The notes under the pieces are model-generated. The model did no database searches and was not told the origin of the DNA. It saw only the letters and a program-made list of their open reading frames with translations. The position numbers and the translations under genes were made by a program. Positions 50,412 to 59,940 of a DNA stretch of 64,000 nt are shown here, piece after piece; positions within the stretch are counted from its first letter, which is position 1, and each line of letters starts with the position of its first letter. Origin of the DNA: Sulfitobacter sp. (GTDB lineage Bacteria; Pseudomonadota; Alphaproteobacteria; Rhodobacterales; Rhodobacteraceae); NCBI RefSeq assembly GCF_036960155.1, contig NZ_JBALWB010000006.1, positions 17,472-81,471 of the forward strand, written 5' to 3'.

Positions 50412-51061
50412 GCCACTCCCTTAACGAGATCGAGGCCTTGTCCAAACGCGCAGCGCGTGGGGCGGGCATGTCGTGGGGCTTATCCGAAGAAGCGGCAAAA
50501 GCCGTTCGCTGGTTGGCTTCACATGGGTTGCAAGGCGTGGCTTTGCTTGCAGATGTTCTGGCCCGCAATGACCACGCTTCGCGCGCCAGCGTTGCACCAA
50601 TGTCACTTGAGAACGATTCTTGGGCGGCTGCCTCTGGAACGCTTTGCCCGCTTGCAAGTGGTGCAGCACTCAATGATTGCGCGGATCGGCTGTCGCAAGG
50701 TCATTCAATTGAATTGATCAACGTATCACACCCGTTGCTGGTGGTTCCTTTTGCGGCATGGGCGTCAATTCATATCGCGGCACCTGTAACCGTGTCTTGG
50801 CTGGACACACGCATTGGAACAGACGGCTGCGGGATATGGATCGATGATCCAATGGGCGAGCTTGAAAAGACAAGTGCTGTATCACTGACTTGCGCGCGCG
50901 CGTCTCATATGGGCGACGACACAAAAATGCCAGCCCTGCGCGGCGAAGTTCCACCGGCCGCATGGACGCATTTGGGAACATTCGCCCATCGCACATATGC
51001 GCCCTCAAGCGAGCGATCACGTGCTTTGGGCGCTGGTGCCGGAGACACCGACAACGACTAA
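50408..51061 (+). CDS. DUF3726-like protein
   Basis: SLNEIEALSKRAARGAGMSWGLSEEAAKAVRWL N-terminus. Confidence 0.75.
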   Translation: MSHSLNEIEALSKRAARGAGMSWGLSEEAAKAVRWLASHGLQGVALLADVLARNDHASRASVAPMSLENDSWAAASGTLCPLASGAALNDCADRLSQGHSIELINVSHPLLVVPFAAWASIHIAAPVTVSWLDTRIGTDGCGIWIDDPMGELEKTSAVSLTCARASHMGDDTKMPALRGEVPPAAWTHLGTFAHRTYAPSSERSRALGAGAGDTDND

Positions 51062-51148
51062 CAACCAGTTTACCAAACCCGCTGTTTATGCGTCGAAACG
51101 CAGTGGGATCATAATAGTACGGCGTACAACCATCAACAGGGGACACTC

Positions 51149-52963
51149 ATGTCAATAAAACCACCCTTTACCGCGTTGGAGATCGAAAAGGCTCCATCCG
51201 GTTTCTACGAAGGCTACAGCCTTCCTATCGCGCTTATCAGCAAGGCCATCATGGCTGCACTGGTAATCTGGGCCTTGATCTGGCCAGGAAACGCAAGCAG
51301 CGTTCTTTCTGCTGTGAACGGAACTTTACTGAATGTTTTCAACAGCTTTTACATAATTTCCGTAGGGCTTTTTGCCTTTTTCCTTTTTGTTCTAGCCTTG
51401 TTGCCTGCAACAGGAAGCAAGAAATTAGGCACAGCAGACACGAAGCCTGAGTTTTCCAATTTCTCTTGGTTTTCCATGATGTTTGGTGCCGGTCTTGGCG
51501 TCGGATTGATGGTTTTTGCGACCGCAGAGCCCTTAGGCTTGTGGGGGTCAAATCCGTTGATCTTGTCAGGTGAAGTCGCGGCAAATTCCGAAGAAGCAGT
51601 CAAATCAGCATATCGCTATACCTTCCTTCACTACGGCTTTCATGCATGGGCAATCTATGTTCTGACTGGCCTGTCATTAGCATATTATGCCTACACACGC
51701 GAAATGCCGTTGACGATACGATCCGCGCTTACGCCGCTTTTGGGCAAAGCTGCGAACGGTCCCATCGGGCATTTGGTTGACGTACTTGGCGTTGTTGCAA
51801 CAATCCTTGGTGTTTCCGTTACGATTGGTTTCGGTGTGAGCCAGTTTGTGGATGGTGTTTACGCGGTCACAGGCATGGAATGGTTGATGAACGGCGATGC
51901 AGACGCACCAAAGCCAAGCACAGTTGGTTTGATTTCGGCACTGATTGTCATCATGGCTTTGTCCATCTTGTCAGCGGTTTCAGGTGTTGGACGTGGCATC
52001 AAATATCTGTCGAACCTTAACTTGGTTCTGTCAGTTATTCTGCTTTTGACTTTCGTCTTCTTTGGCTCGTTCTTCTTTGCGATGACCAAATTTGGTGCGG
52101 GTTTGGTAGATTACATTCTGCATTTTGTTCAAATGTCATTTGGTGCCTACGCGCCGCAATCCGCTGATGCATTTGCAGCGGCAATTCCAGAGGCCGCAAA
52201 TGCACTACCCGCAGAAGATATCAGCACGATCTATGGTGCTGCGACGTCACCTTGGGGATCACTTGCAGGGTTCACCGAAGGTTTGCCCTCATCTGCAGCT
52301 GAGCTAGACGCAGCAGCTCTTTATGCAGCGGGTGAGCAAGGTCGTCAGTTTGGATGGCAGTCGGGCTGGACCACGTTTTATTGGGCTTGGTGGATCGCGT
52401 TTTCACCTTTCGTCGGCTTGTTTTTGGCGCGCATCTCCAAAGGCCGAACTGTACGTGAATTCATCTTTGGTTGCGTTATCGCACCTGCGATTGTTTGCTT
52501 CTTGTGGATGACTATCCTTGGCGGCACAGCGATTGATTTGGAACTTAACGGTGGTGCTGCTGGTTCGTTGATTGGCGCTACAAACACAGCGAAATTATTT
52601 GCGACACTTGAGCAGATGATTTCTGGCGGCTTTCTATCAGCGATTACGATCATGTGTGTTGTTCTGATCATGACGTTCCTTGTCACATCTGCAGACTCTG
52701 GCATCTTGGTTATGAACACCATCATGTCTGGTGGTGAGCAAGAAACTGGTATCAAACACCGTATTATCTGGGGGTTGATCCTCACGGCGGTGATTGGCAC
52801 GTTGATCATTGCAGGCAATAGCGGTGCCGCGGCGAACCCGTTCGGCGCGTTGCAAAACGCGATGATCATCGGTGCACTGCCGTTCACAATTGTGATGGTG
52901 TTCATGATGATTTCGCTCACCAAAGCGCTTTACCGCGATAGCGTTCGGGCCAAGCAAGACTAG
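51149..52963 (+). CDS. BCCT (betaine/carnitine/choline) transporter
   Basis: SWFSMMFGAGLGVG, FLHYGFHAWAIY, FYWAWWIAFSPFVG, VTSADS. Confidence 0.95.
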   Translation: MSIKPPFTALEIEKAPSGFYEGYSLPIALISKAIMAALVIWALIWPGNASSVLSAVNGTLLNVFNSFYIISVGLFAFFLFVLALLPATGSKKLGTADTKPEFSNFSWFSMMFGAGLGVGLMVFATAEPLGLWGSNPLILSGEVAANSEEAVKSAYRYTFLHYGFHAWAIYVLTGLSLAYYAYTREMPLTIRSALTPLLGKAANGPIGHLVDVLGVVATILGVSVTIGFGVSQFVDGVYAVTGMEWLMNGDADAPKPSTVGLISALIVIMALSILSAVSGVGRGIKYLSNLNLVLSVILLLTFVFFGSFFFAMTKFGAGLVDYILHFVQMSFGAYAPQSADAFAAAIPEAANALPAEDISTIYGAATSPWGSLAGFTEGLPSSAAELDAAALYAAGEQGRQFGWQSGWTTFYWAWWIAFSPFVGLFLARISKGRTVREFIFGCVIAPAIVCFLWMTILGGTAIDLELNGGAAGSLIGATNTAKLFATLEQMISGGFLSAITIMCVVLIMTFLVTSADSGILVMNTIMSGGEQETGIKHRIIWGLILTAVIGTLIIAGNSGAAANPFGALQNAMIIGALPFTIVMVFMMISLTKALYRDSVRAKQD

Positions 52964-52972
52964 GTAAATTTT

Positions 52973-53009
52973 GTAAGTAGGCCGTTAACAACGACTGCGG
53001 CCTACTTAC
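52973..53009 (+). terminator. Hairpin terminator after BCCT
   Basis: gtaagtaggccg-N13-cggcctacttac. Confidence 0.7.
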
Positions 53010-53066
53010 CGTTTCACGAAAGACAAGCGACTGATTTCCACCAAACATGGTCGGATCGCCTCCAAC

Positions 53067-53970
53067 GGCTCTGTCGCAAAACTGTGTCGATTGGGTGAGA
53101 CGGCTAGACCATGTTAGATGCGGAGCTTTGTTCTTGAAGGTGAGCGCCCAACCGTGATGATTGATTTCCAAGGGGATCACTTCCCCAAAAGCGTGATCCT
53201 TTTTGCCATATTTTTCTACGTGCGTTACGGCGTCTCGTATAGAGACTTGGAAGAAATTATGGCTGAACGTGGTGTTGAAATCGATCATGTCACGCTGAAC
53301 CGTTGGGTGGTGAAGTTCTCACCGCTGATCGCTGAAAATGCCAAGGCAAGAAAGAAGCAAACCGCCTCTTCATGGCGAAAGCCCTCTCGGGATATTACTG
53401 CGCAATACCCTGTCAGGTGACAGATGAAACCTATGTCAAAGTTCGCGGAAAATAGGTCTACCTGTATCGCGCAGTCGATCGCGGCGGACAAACCCTTGAT
53501 TTCATGATGTCAGAGCGCCGCGATACCGCTGCTGCGCGGCGATTTTCAAACGGGCAGTTGGCACAAACGGTATCCCAGATCGTATTGCCATCGACAAAAG
53601 TCGAGCCAATTTGGCTGGCCTGCAAAACTTAAATGTCATCCTCAAATTCACGGGAGGAGGGCGGATCATCGAAATCGTTCAATCCAAATATCTCAACAAC
53701 TGCATGGCAGGGTAAACTTGTTTGCCGGAGAATGAACATCGTCGAACAGGATCACAGGTTTATCAAACGGATTACACGGCCAGTGCTCGGCTTCAAAGCG
53801 TTCCATTCTGCGGCTGCAACATTGGCTGGGATCAAAGCCGCGCATATGAACCGCAAGGGTCAATTAGCCGATACAGGTATCCCAGCGTTCAGGCAGTTTG
53901 CCACGCTCGAAGCATAATTGCGTCCGCAGAAGACCGTTCGTCAATAGAATGAAAAGTTTGCGACAGAGCC
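53067..53970 (+). mobile_element. IS6-family element, defective (copy 2, 904 bp, inverted relative to copy 1)
   Basis: Ends ggctctgtcgcaaaact / agtttgcgacagagcc; remnant YRDLEEIMAERG, DETYVKV, YLYRAVD, IVEQDHR. Confidence 0.92.
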
Positions 53971-54230
53971 TTCAGCAATCACATCAACACTCACTTTGGC
54001 TGCACGCCATCTCTCGATCTTGCGTCATTCTTCTAAGCTGAGTTGTTAATAAGTTCTCATTGTGTGGTTTCCTTTTGAGTGCCAACGGGCTGTTACCACT
54101 CAAAAGTCGCAAGTCAGGGTGCGCGCGCACCATCACCAGATAATTTTGATACAGTTGACATAGCGTTTGAAAATCAGCGGAATAAATCGGCTCAGTCGAA
54201 CTAAAAAGCCATATAAAACAACGCTAACCT

Positions 54231-54887
54231 CTATAATGCAGCCAACTGAAGATCGCACCCATCGGTAATATGGTCGTGCATGGCGCGTTGTGCGTGATCA
54301 AACCCACCGGACAGAATTTTGTCCAAAAGATCCATATGGCCGGTCAATGATTCTTGCAATCTCGGGGTGTCCAGTTTTTCGAAACTTTGGATCGCGATTG
54401 CCCTATTCCAGTTTGTGTCGAAGGCCTCCAACAGAAATGTGTTGCCAGATGTAGCGACAAAGGCATGGTGTATCGTTCGATTGGCCTCAAAGTATGCGGC
54501 ATTTGTCTGTGGTGTCTTGCTTTCCTCTAGAGCAATTGTCGCGCGTAGTGTTTTGATATCCTCAGCGGTTCCTAAATCCGCCAGAAGGCCAGCACAAAAC
54601 CCTTCTACGGCTTTGCGGGCCTGATAGATGTCGCGCACTTCAGATTTCGTGACACGACGAATTTCAAATCCACCGTTCACTGATGACCGCAGCACGCCTT
54701 CCTGTTCCAGCCGCAACAAGGCTTCGCGGACAGGTGTTCGGCTAACGTCCAGCATCTGGGCAAGTTTAACTTGATGGAGCCGCTCGTTCGGATTGATTGC
54801 ACCCGATTGAAGCCCACCGACGATTTGGTCGTAAACCAGATCAGCCAACCGTGGACGGATTGCGGTTACTTTTTGTAGGCCTTGCAT
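54231..54887 (-). CDS. GntR (FCD) regulator
   Basis: LAQMLDVSRTPVREALLRLEQEG; FCD domain. Confidence 0.95.
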   Translation of the reverse strand: MQGLQKVTAIRPRLADLVYDQIVGGLQSGAINPNERLHQVKLAQMLDVSRTPVREALLRLEQEGVLRSSVNGGFEIRRVTKSEVRDIYQARKAVEGFCAGLLADLGTAEDIKTLRATIALEESKTPQTNAAYFEANRTIHHAFVATSGNTFLLEAFDTNWNRAIAIQSFEKLDTPRLQESLTGHMDLLDKILSGGFDHAQRAMHDHITDGCDLQLAAL

Positions 54888-54910
54888 GTTTTACCTTTGG
54901 TCGAGGTTGT

Positions 54911-55615
54911 TCAGCCCTCTATATCAAGGGATTGATGTTTTAAGAAGGACTTGATTTGTTCAACCACCGCTGGCGACGGAGATCTATGCATTAAGCGTGT
55001 GTGTGCTTCGGAAACGCGTTCAGCAGGGACGCTGGCGCGGCGCAGTTCGATCAGATCCGAGATCAAGCTGTTGTCAAATTCTGGGTGAGCCTGAACGGAA
55101 TATCCGATCTTTCCATAAGAAATCGCGGCGTGTTCGCAAAACGACGACTGGCCAACAGTTTTTGCGCCTTCAGGCAGTTCTGTGACTTGATCCTGATGCC
55201 AAGCATTAATTGTTACAGGTGTCTCTATCCCGTCAAATTTATAGTCGTGGGGACCAAGACCCCAGCCTTTGTCAGATTTCTCTACTTTTCCGCCTAGGGC
55301 TTGCGCCATGATCTGGTGGCCGAAGCAGACACCTACCATTGGAATTTGCGCGTCTTTGGCCGCACAGATTAGGTCTTCGAGCTGGGCAATCCATGGTAAG
55401 TCTTCATAGGCTGAAAACGCGGAGCCGGTGATCAACCACGCGTCACATTCCGTCACGCTGGCGGGAAATACGTCTTCAAGAACCGCATAGCTTTGAAACG
55501 TAAACGCGTCATCGGCGAGCAATCTGACAAACAGATCATCCATTTCGCCGTGGTTTTCATTAATCTGGGGCAGGGTTTTCCCTGTGCGTAAGATACCAAT
55601 CTTCATCTTGTTCAC
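54911..55615 (-). CDS. Class I glutamine amidotransferase-like hydrolase
   Basis: GVCFGHQ nucleophile; QAHPEF. Confidence 0.92.
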   Translation of the reverse strand: MNKMKIGILRTGKTLPQINENHGEMDDLFVRLLADDAFTFQSYAVLEDVFPASVTECDAWLITGSAFSAYEDLPWIAQLEDLICAAKDAQIPMVGVCFGHQIMAQALGGKVEKSDKGWGLGPHDYKFDGIETPVTINAWHQDQVTELPEGAKTVGQSSFCEHAAISYGKIGYSVQAHPEFDNSLISDLIELRRASVPAERVSEAHTRLMHRSPSPAVVEQIKSFLKHQSLDIEG

Positions 55616-56706
55616 TCCATTCCAAAGTCAATAATTGTACGGATACCGATGCCGCGATCCATGTCCGCAAAGCCCTCGTTTATCCGAGCAAGCGGTAAGC
55701 GCGCTGTCAGCATGTCATCAAGGTTGAGCCGCCCATCCATATAGAGGCGTGCAAGCCGCGGCATGTCGGTGCGAAACTGGTTTGATCCCATGTCGCAGCC
55801 CATGACCTTTCGTTCGGCAATGAAGTGGCCAAAGGGCAGGGCGACATCTTCGTCGAGGCCCATCAGGCCGATCATCACCGTGGTTCCGCCTTTGCGCGTG
55901 CTTAAGAAACATTGCTTGACCAGCGCGGGATTGCCCACCGCGTCAAATGCGGCCTCAACGCCTTTGCCATCTGTGACGGCGCGAATTGCCTCCACTGGAT
56001 CGGTCTCCTTGGGATTGACCGTGTGGGTCGCACCAAGGGTTGTCGCCATCGCCAGCCGCTCAGGGTTCAGGTCGACTGCGACGATAATTGTTGCCCCTGC
56101 CAACCGGGCGGCCTGTACCGTTGATAGACCGACTGCGCCGCAGCCAAACACCGCGACGGTTTCACCCGCGCGAATTTGCGCCGTCCGCGTGACCGCACCC
56201 CATCCCGTCATCACGCCACATCCAATCAGCGCCGCACGGTCCAATGGCATCGCGCTGTCGATCTTTGTGAGGGCATGCTCATGGACAAGTATTTCTTCGG
56301 CAAAGCCGGAAAGGTTCATGAATTGCGACACAGGTTTCCCCGCAAGGCTGATGCGAGGTGGTTCATCCTCATGGCGGTGCAATGTATCGCCACCTTCGCA
56401 GATGGATGGGCGGCCAGACAGGCACATCTCGCAGCAGCCGCAAAATGCAGACAGGCAGCCGATCACGTGATCGCCGGGTTTGAGGTAACTCACACCAGCC
56501 CCAACCGCACGCACGATGCCAGCCGTCTCATGCCCGAGAACCGCAGGAGCCATTATTGGCAGGTGGCCGCGCATAAAATGCAGGTCGGTGTGGCATAAGC
56601 CAGTGGCATGAACTTCTACCCGTACCTCGTGATGGCCGGGATTGCCCAATTCGATATTTTCGATAACCAGATCGGAGCCGTATTCGTGTAAAATCGCAGC
56701 TTTCAT
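55612..56706 (-). CDS. Zn-dependent alcohol dehydrogenase (class III-like MDR)
   Basis: GLCHTD, GHE, CGCCEMC..C structural Zn, GCGVMTG, GCGAVG. Confidence 0.95.
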   Translation of the reverse strand: MKAAILHEYGSDLVIENIELGNPGHHEVRVEVHATGLCHTDLHFMRGHLPIMAPAVLGHETAGIVRAVGAGVSYLKPGDHVIGCLSAFCGCCEMCLSGRPSICEGGDTLHRHEDEPPRISLAGKPVSQFMNLSGFAEEILVHEHALTKIDSAMPLDRAALIGCGVMTGWGAVTRTAQIRAGETVAVFGCGAVGLSTVQAARLAGATIIVAVDLNPERLAMATTLGATHTVNPKETDPVEAIRAVTDGKGVEAAFDAVGNPALVKQCFLSTRKGGTTVMIGLMGLDEDVALPFGHFIAERKVMGCDMGSNQFRTDMPRLARLYMDGRLNLDDMLTARLPLARINEGFADMDRGIGIRTIIDFGME

Positions 56707-56722
56707 GTCTTTTTCCTAATCC

Positions 56723-57520
56723 TCATAAACCATGGTCGAGGAAGAACCGTAGGCGCGCGGTAACCGGCGCGTGGTTTTCCAAGTTCACGATATGGCCTGC
56801 GTTCGGGATGATTGTTGCGCTTGCCCCGGGGATCATTTGGGCGATGGCATAGGCGTAGGCCGGGGGGGTTTCCGCGTCTTGGGCACCCGCCATAGCAAGT
56901 GTGGGGCAGGTGATGTTTGCCAGCTTGTCCACGGCGTCGTGATCAGCAATCAACCGTGTTGTTAGGGCCAATCCGTTGGCGCGCGCGCGCGACATGGAAG
57001 TAATTGCCTCGACCTTTATTTCTTCAGGGCAGTCTGGACTGACAATCGCGCGGATCATACCGTCCGAAAACTTGGCAGGGCTGGTGCCACTGTTGAGATC
57101 CGCAAGGATTGAGTCTGCAAATGCAATTGGATCAACATCGCCGCCATATCCGAACTTAGGCGAGCTATCTAGAATCGCCGCACTGTCTACTAGATCTGGG
57201 TGGGTTGCCGCGAAGTGCTGCAAAATCATGCCACCTACTGAGAGTCCGATAAAGTGCGCCGACTGCAGCCCTAAAGTGTCCGTGATGAATTTTCTTAAGG
57301 TCTCGACGGTCCAATCCATGTCCGCACCTTCGGGCGCGTCGTCCGAGCCGCCAAAGCCGGGCATATCCCACGCAACGCAGCGGTAACTATCAGAAAAGAT
57401 ATCCATTTGTGGGGCCCACGCCGTCGCAGAGCCCGCCATCGCATGTAGGAAAACAAGCGCAGGGTTTGCGGCATTTCCCGCCTCTATCCATGCAATCTGG
57501 GCGTTCTTGTTTTTAGGCAT
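56723..57520 (-). CDS. Alpha/beta hydrolase
   Basis: GLSVGG, AGAQD, AGHIVNLE. Confidence 0.92.
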   Translation of the reverse strand: MPKNKNAQIAWIEAGNAANPALVFLHAMAGSATAWAPQMDIFSDSYRCVAWDMPGFGGSDDAPEGADMDWTVETLRKFITDTLGLQSAHFIGLSVGGMILQHFAATHPDLVDSAAILDSSPKFGYGGDVDPIAFADSILADLNSGTSPAKFSDGMIRAIVSPDCPEEIKVEAITSMSRARANGLALTTRLIADHDAVDKLANITCPTLAMAGAQDAETPPAYAYAIAQMIPGASATIIPNAGHIVNLENHAPVTARLRFFLDHGL

Positions 57521-57550
57521 ATTGGTCGATCCTCAAAAAATACTTGCTTG

Positions 57551-57566
57551 TGTATTCATGAATACA
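57551..57566. promoter_or_regulatory. Perfect 16-bp palindrome, candidate GntR-FCD operator of the divergent P450 locus
   Basis: tgtattcatgaataca. Confidence 0.7.
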
Positions 57567-57631
57567 GTATGCACGATCCAATCGCAACTGTCATGGAATG
57601 GCAGGCGCAAACCACGACAGGAGAGACCTTA

Positions 57632-58894
57632 ATGAAACCGCAACTCGCTGCAGACCTTTCTGAACAAGGCCTTTTCGATCACGGAATCCCACAGGATATT
57701 TTCAAGAAGCTGCGCGAGATGGATGGTTTGGCGTGGAACCCTCTTCCGAGCGAGGGACCGGATGCTGGTTTTTGGTCTGTAGGTCGGTTTGATGATGTTG
57801 TGGCCGTCAGTCGCGACACTGAGACATTCTCGTCTGCGACGGGCCATATCCAAATGTACAACATTGACGACGACGCACTCACTGCGCGGGCTTCGATGAT
57901 TGACATGGATCCGCCCGATCATAGCCGACTGCGGCGTCTAGTGAACCCCGGGTTCATTCCGAAAGTGATACGCACCTACGCTGATATTGTGCGTGATCGT
58001 GTCTCCGTTTTGCTGGATGAAATGTTGGGCGATGGCGGTGGTGACTGGGTTAGTAAAGTTTCCAAACCCATCCCGATTGGTATCATCTGCGATATGCTGG
58101 GCGTGCCAGAAGCAGACCGCGATTTGATGATCGAGATGACGGATTATCTGGTGGCGGGCACCTCTGCCGAACCGCTTGACCCTAATGCTTATGGAAACAC
58201 GACGCCTCTGCGTCTTTTACCGTTCAACAGCCCAGCAGCCTATGGATTGAGTGAATACGCACGCAAGCTTGGTGATGAGCGTCGCGCCAATCCGCGCGAT
58301 GATCTGATTAGCCAGTTGGTCACGCATGAGATCGATGGTGAGCAACTATCGGATGAGGAATACACCAACTTTTTCCGGCTGTTGATTTTTGCGGGCAATG
58401 AAACAACACGGACAGCAATGTCACATATGGCATTACAGCTTGCACAGTATCCTGAGCAATTTGCCCGCCTCAAGGCTGAGCCGGAGCTTATTGATACTGC
58501 TGTTGAGGAGATCGTCCGCTTCTCATCACCCATCATGTATTTCCGGCGTACAGCCACGAAAGATACCGAGCTTAGTGGCACCAAGGTAGCTGCAGGGGAC
58601 CGTGTCGTCATGTGGTACGCCAGTGCTAACTTTGACGAGAACCGTTTTGACGATGCGCAGTCTTTCGACATCGCCCGTTCCAAAATGCCAATCCATGCTG
58701 GTTATGGCGGAGGCGGTGTACATACCTGCCTTGGCGCAGGTCTTGCGCGGATCGAGTTGAAGGTGTTGCTTGAGGAAATTCTTGCGCGTGACATCAAGAT
58801 CGAAATCGACGGTGACCCTGAGTATGTGAATACGAATTTCGTCAATGGCATCGAGGTTCTGAACGTGAAGATGTCTCAGGGAACCGGCGCATGA
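57632..58894 (+). CDS. Cytochrome P450
   Basis: I-helix FAGNETT, EEIVR (ExxR), heme motif GYGGGGVHTCLG; start MKPQLAAD. Confidence 0.97.
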   Translation: MKPQLAADLSEQGLFDHGIPQDIFKKLREMDGLAWNPLPSEGPDAGFWSVGRFDDVVAVSRDTETFSSATGHIQMYNIDDDALTARASMIDMDPPDHSRLRRLVNPGFIPKVIRTYADIVRDRVSVLLDEMLGDGGGDWVSKVSKPIPIGIICDMLGVPEADRDLMIEMTDYLVAGTSAEPLDPNAYGNTTPLRLLPFNSPAAYGLSEYARKLGDERRANPRDDLISQLVTHEIDGEQLSDEEYTNFFRLLIFAGNETTRTAMSHMALQLAQYPEQFARLKAEPELIDTAVEEIVRFSSPIMYFRRTATKDTELSGTKVAAGDRVVMWYASANFDENRFDDAQSFDIARSKMPIHAGYGGGGVHTCLGAGLARIELKVLLEEILARDIKIEIDGDPEYVNTNFVNGIEVLNVKMSQGTGA

Positions 58895-59940
58895 GTGACC
58901 GTTTCACCACATTTGATGTACGCGAAGTCGTCAAAGAGTCTGAGATTATCACGTCGTTCTATCTTGAACCGCGCACTCCGCTTGCCCGCGAATTTGTGCC
59001 GGGTGAGTACCTGATCTTTGAACATCGCCCTGAAAACGGGGAACCCATACGCCGCGAGTATTCCATTTCTGGAACGCGCGATGATGAAATCCGCGTGACG
59101 ATCAAGCGCGAATTGGCACCTGAGCAAGGGTTGCAAGATGGCATTATGTCGACCCGTTTTCATGATGCAACGATGGCAGGTGATACCGTTAAGGCTGCGG
59201 GGCCAATGGGTGCCTTTACGCTTGATCGGGATGCGGATCGGCCAGTGGTGCTATTAAGTGGCGGCGTCGGGCTAACGCCAGTTGTGGCTATGGCACATGA
59301 ACTGGCAGGGACTGCACGCGAAACCGTATTTATACATGCTTGTGAAAACGGGCAGGTTCACGCGCTTGGCCAAGAGATGCGCGAGCTGGCAACTGCGCAT
59401 GAGAATTTCTCAACTCATGTGCTGTACCGCACGCCAATAGATAGGGATCAGCTGGGTCGCGATTATGACACCGCTGGCATGATCACCCAAGATCTGCTGG
59501 AAAAATTGACCCCCGGCAAAGACGTTGATTTCTATCTGTGTGGTCCTGGCCCGTTCATGGCGGCGATGTATGACACGCTTTTGGCAATGGATGTTGATCC
59601 TGACAGGATTTCATATGAATTTTTCGGGCCTGCGACTGTGTTGAGGCCTAAAAAGAAGACAGTCGCGAAACCCACCGCATCTGATGCTCCAGTGATTACC
59701 TTTGCCAAATCTGGCGTCGAAGCGGCGTGGAATCCGGCAGAAGAAAACCTACTGGAGTTTGCCGAGGAAAACGGCGTCATGGTCGACTACAGCTGTCGGG
59801 CAGGAACCTGTGTGACCTGCATGACGAAGGTCATAAAAGGATCCGTCAGCTACTCAGTTGATCCATTTGAACAACCCAAAGACGGGTACGCATTGCTGTG
59901 CTGTTGTGTGCCTGATGGTGATTTGGAGCTGGACGTATGA
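58891..59940 (+). CDS. FAD/NAD(P)H reductase with C-terminal 2Fe-2S domain (PDR-like), P450 partner
   Basis: RREYS, SGGVGLTP, YLCGP, YEFFGP, CRAGTCVTC..LLCC. Confidence 0.93.
   Translation: MSDRFTTFDVREVVKESEIITSFYLEPRTPLAREFVPGEYLIFEHRPENGEPIRREYSISGTRDDEIRVTIKRELAPEQGLQDGIMSTRFHDATMAGDTVKAAGPMGAFTLDRDADRPVVLLSGGVGLTPVVAMAHELAGTARETVFIHACENGQVHALGQEMRELATAHENFSTHVLYRTPIDRDQLGRDYDTAGMITQDLLEKLTPGKDVDFYLCGPGPFMAAMYDTLLAMDVDPDRISYEFFGPATVLRPKKKTVAKPTASDAPVITFAKSGVEAAWNPAEENLLEFAEENGVMVDYSCRAGTCVTCMTKVIKGSVSYSVDPFEQPKDGYALLCCCVPDGDLELDV

Noticed and set aside
49795-50673. Long antisense or overlapping ORFs (also 14040..14642, 16414..17397, 30783..31622, 61510..62244)
   Set aside because: They are shadows of well-supported genes and carry no recognisable motifs.
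53378-53420. Group II intron remnant in IS6
   Set aside because: No GTGCG start, no domain V or VI, and no RT ORF.
25311-53970. Canonical active composite transposon with target-site duplication
   Set aside because: Outer flanks (aatgaggt / ttcagcaa) do not match and both transposases are dead.
55612-59940. 6-O-methylgalactose demethylation cluster (CYP236A-type P450 + ADH + esterase)
   Set aside because: No carbohydrate-utilisation context or separate ferredoxin; the linked CoA-transferase/Acd/aminotransferase point elsewhere.
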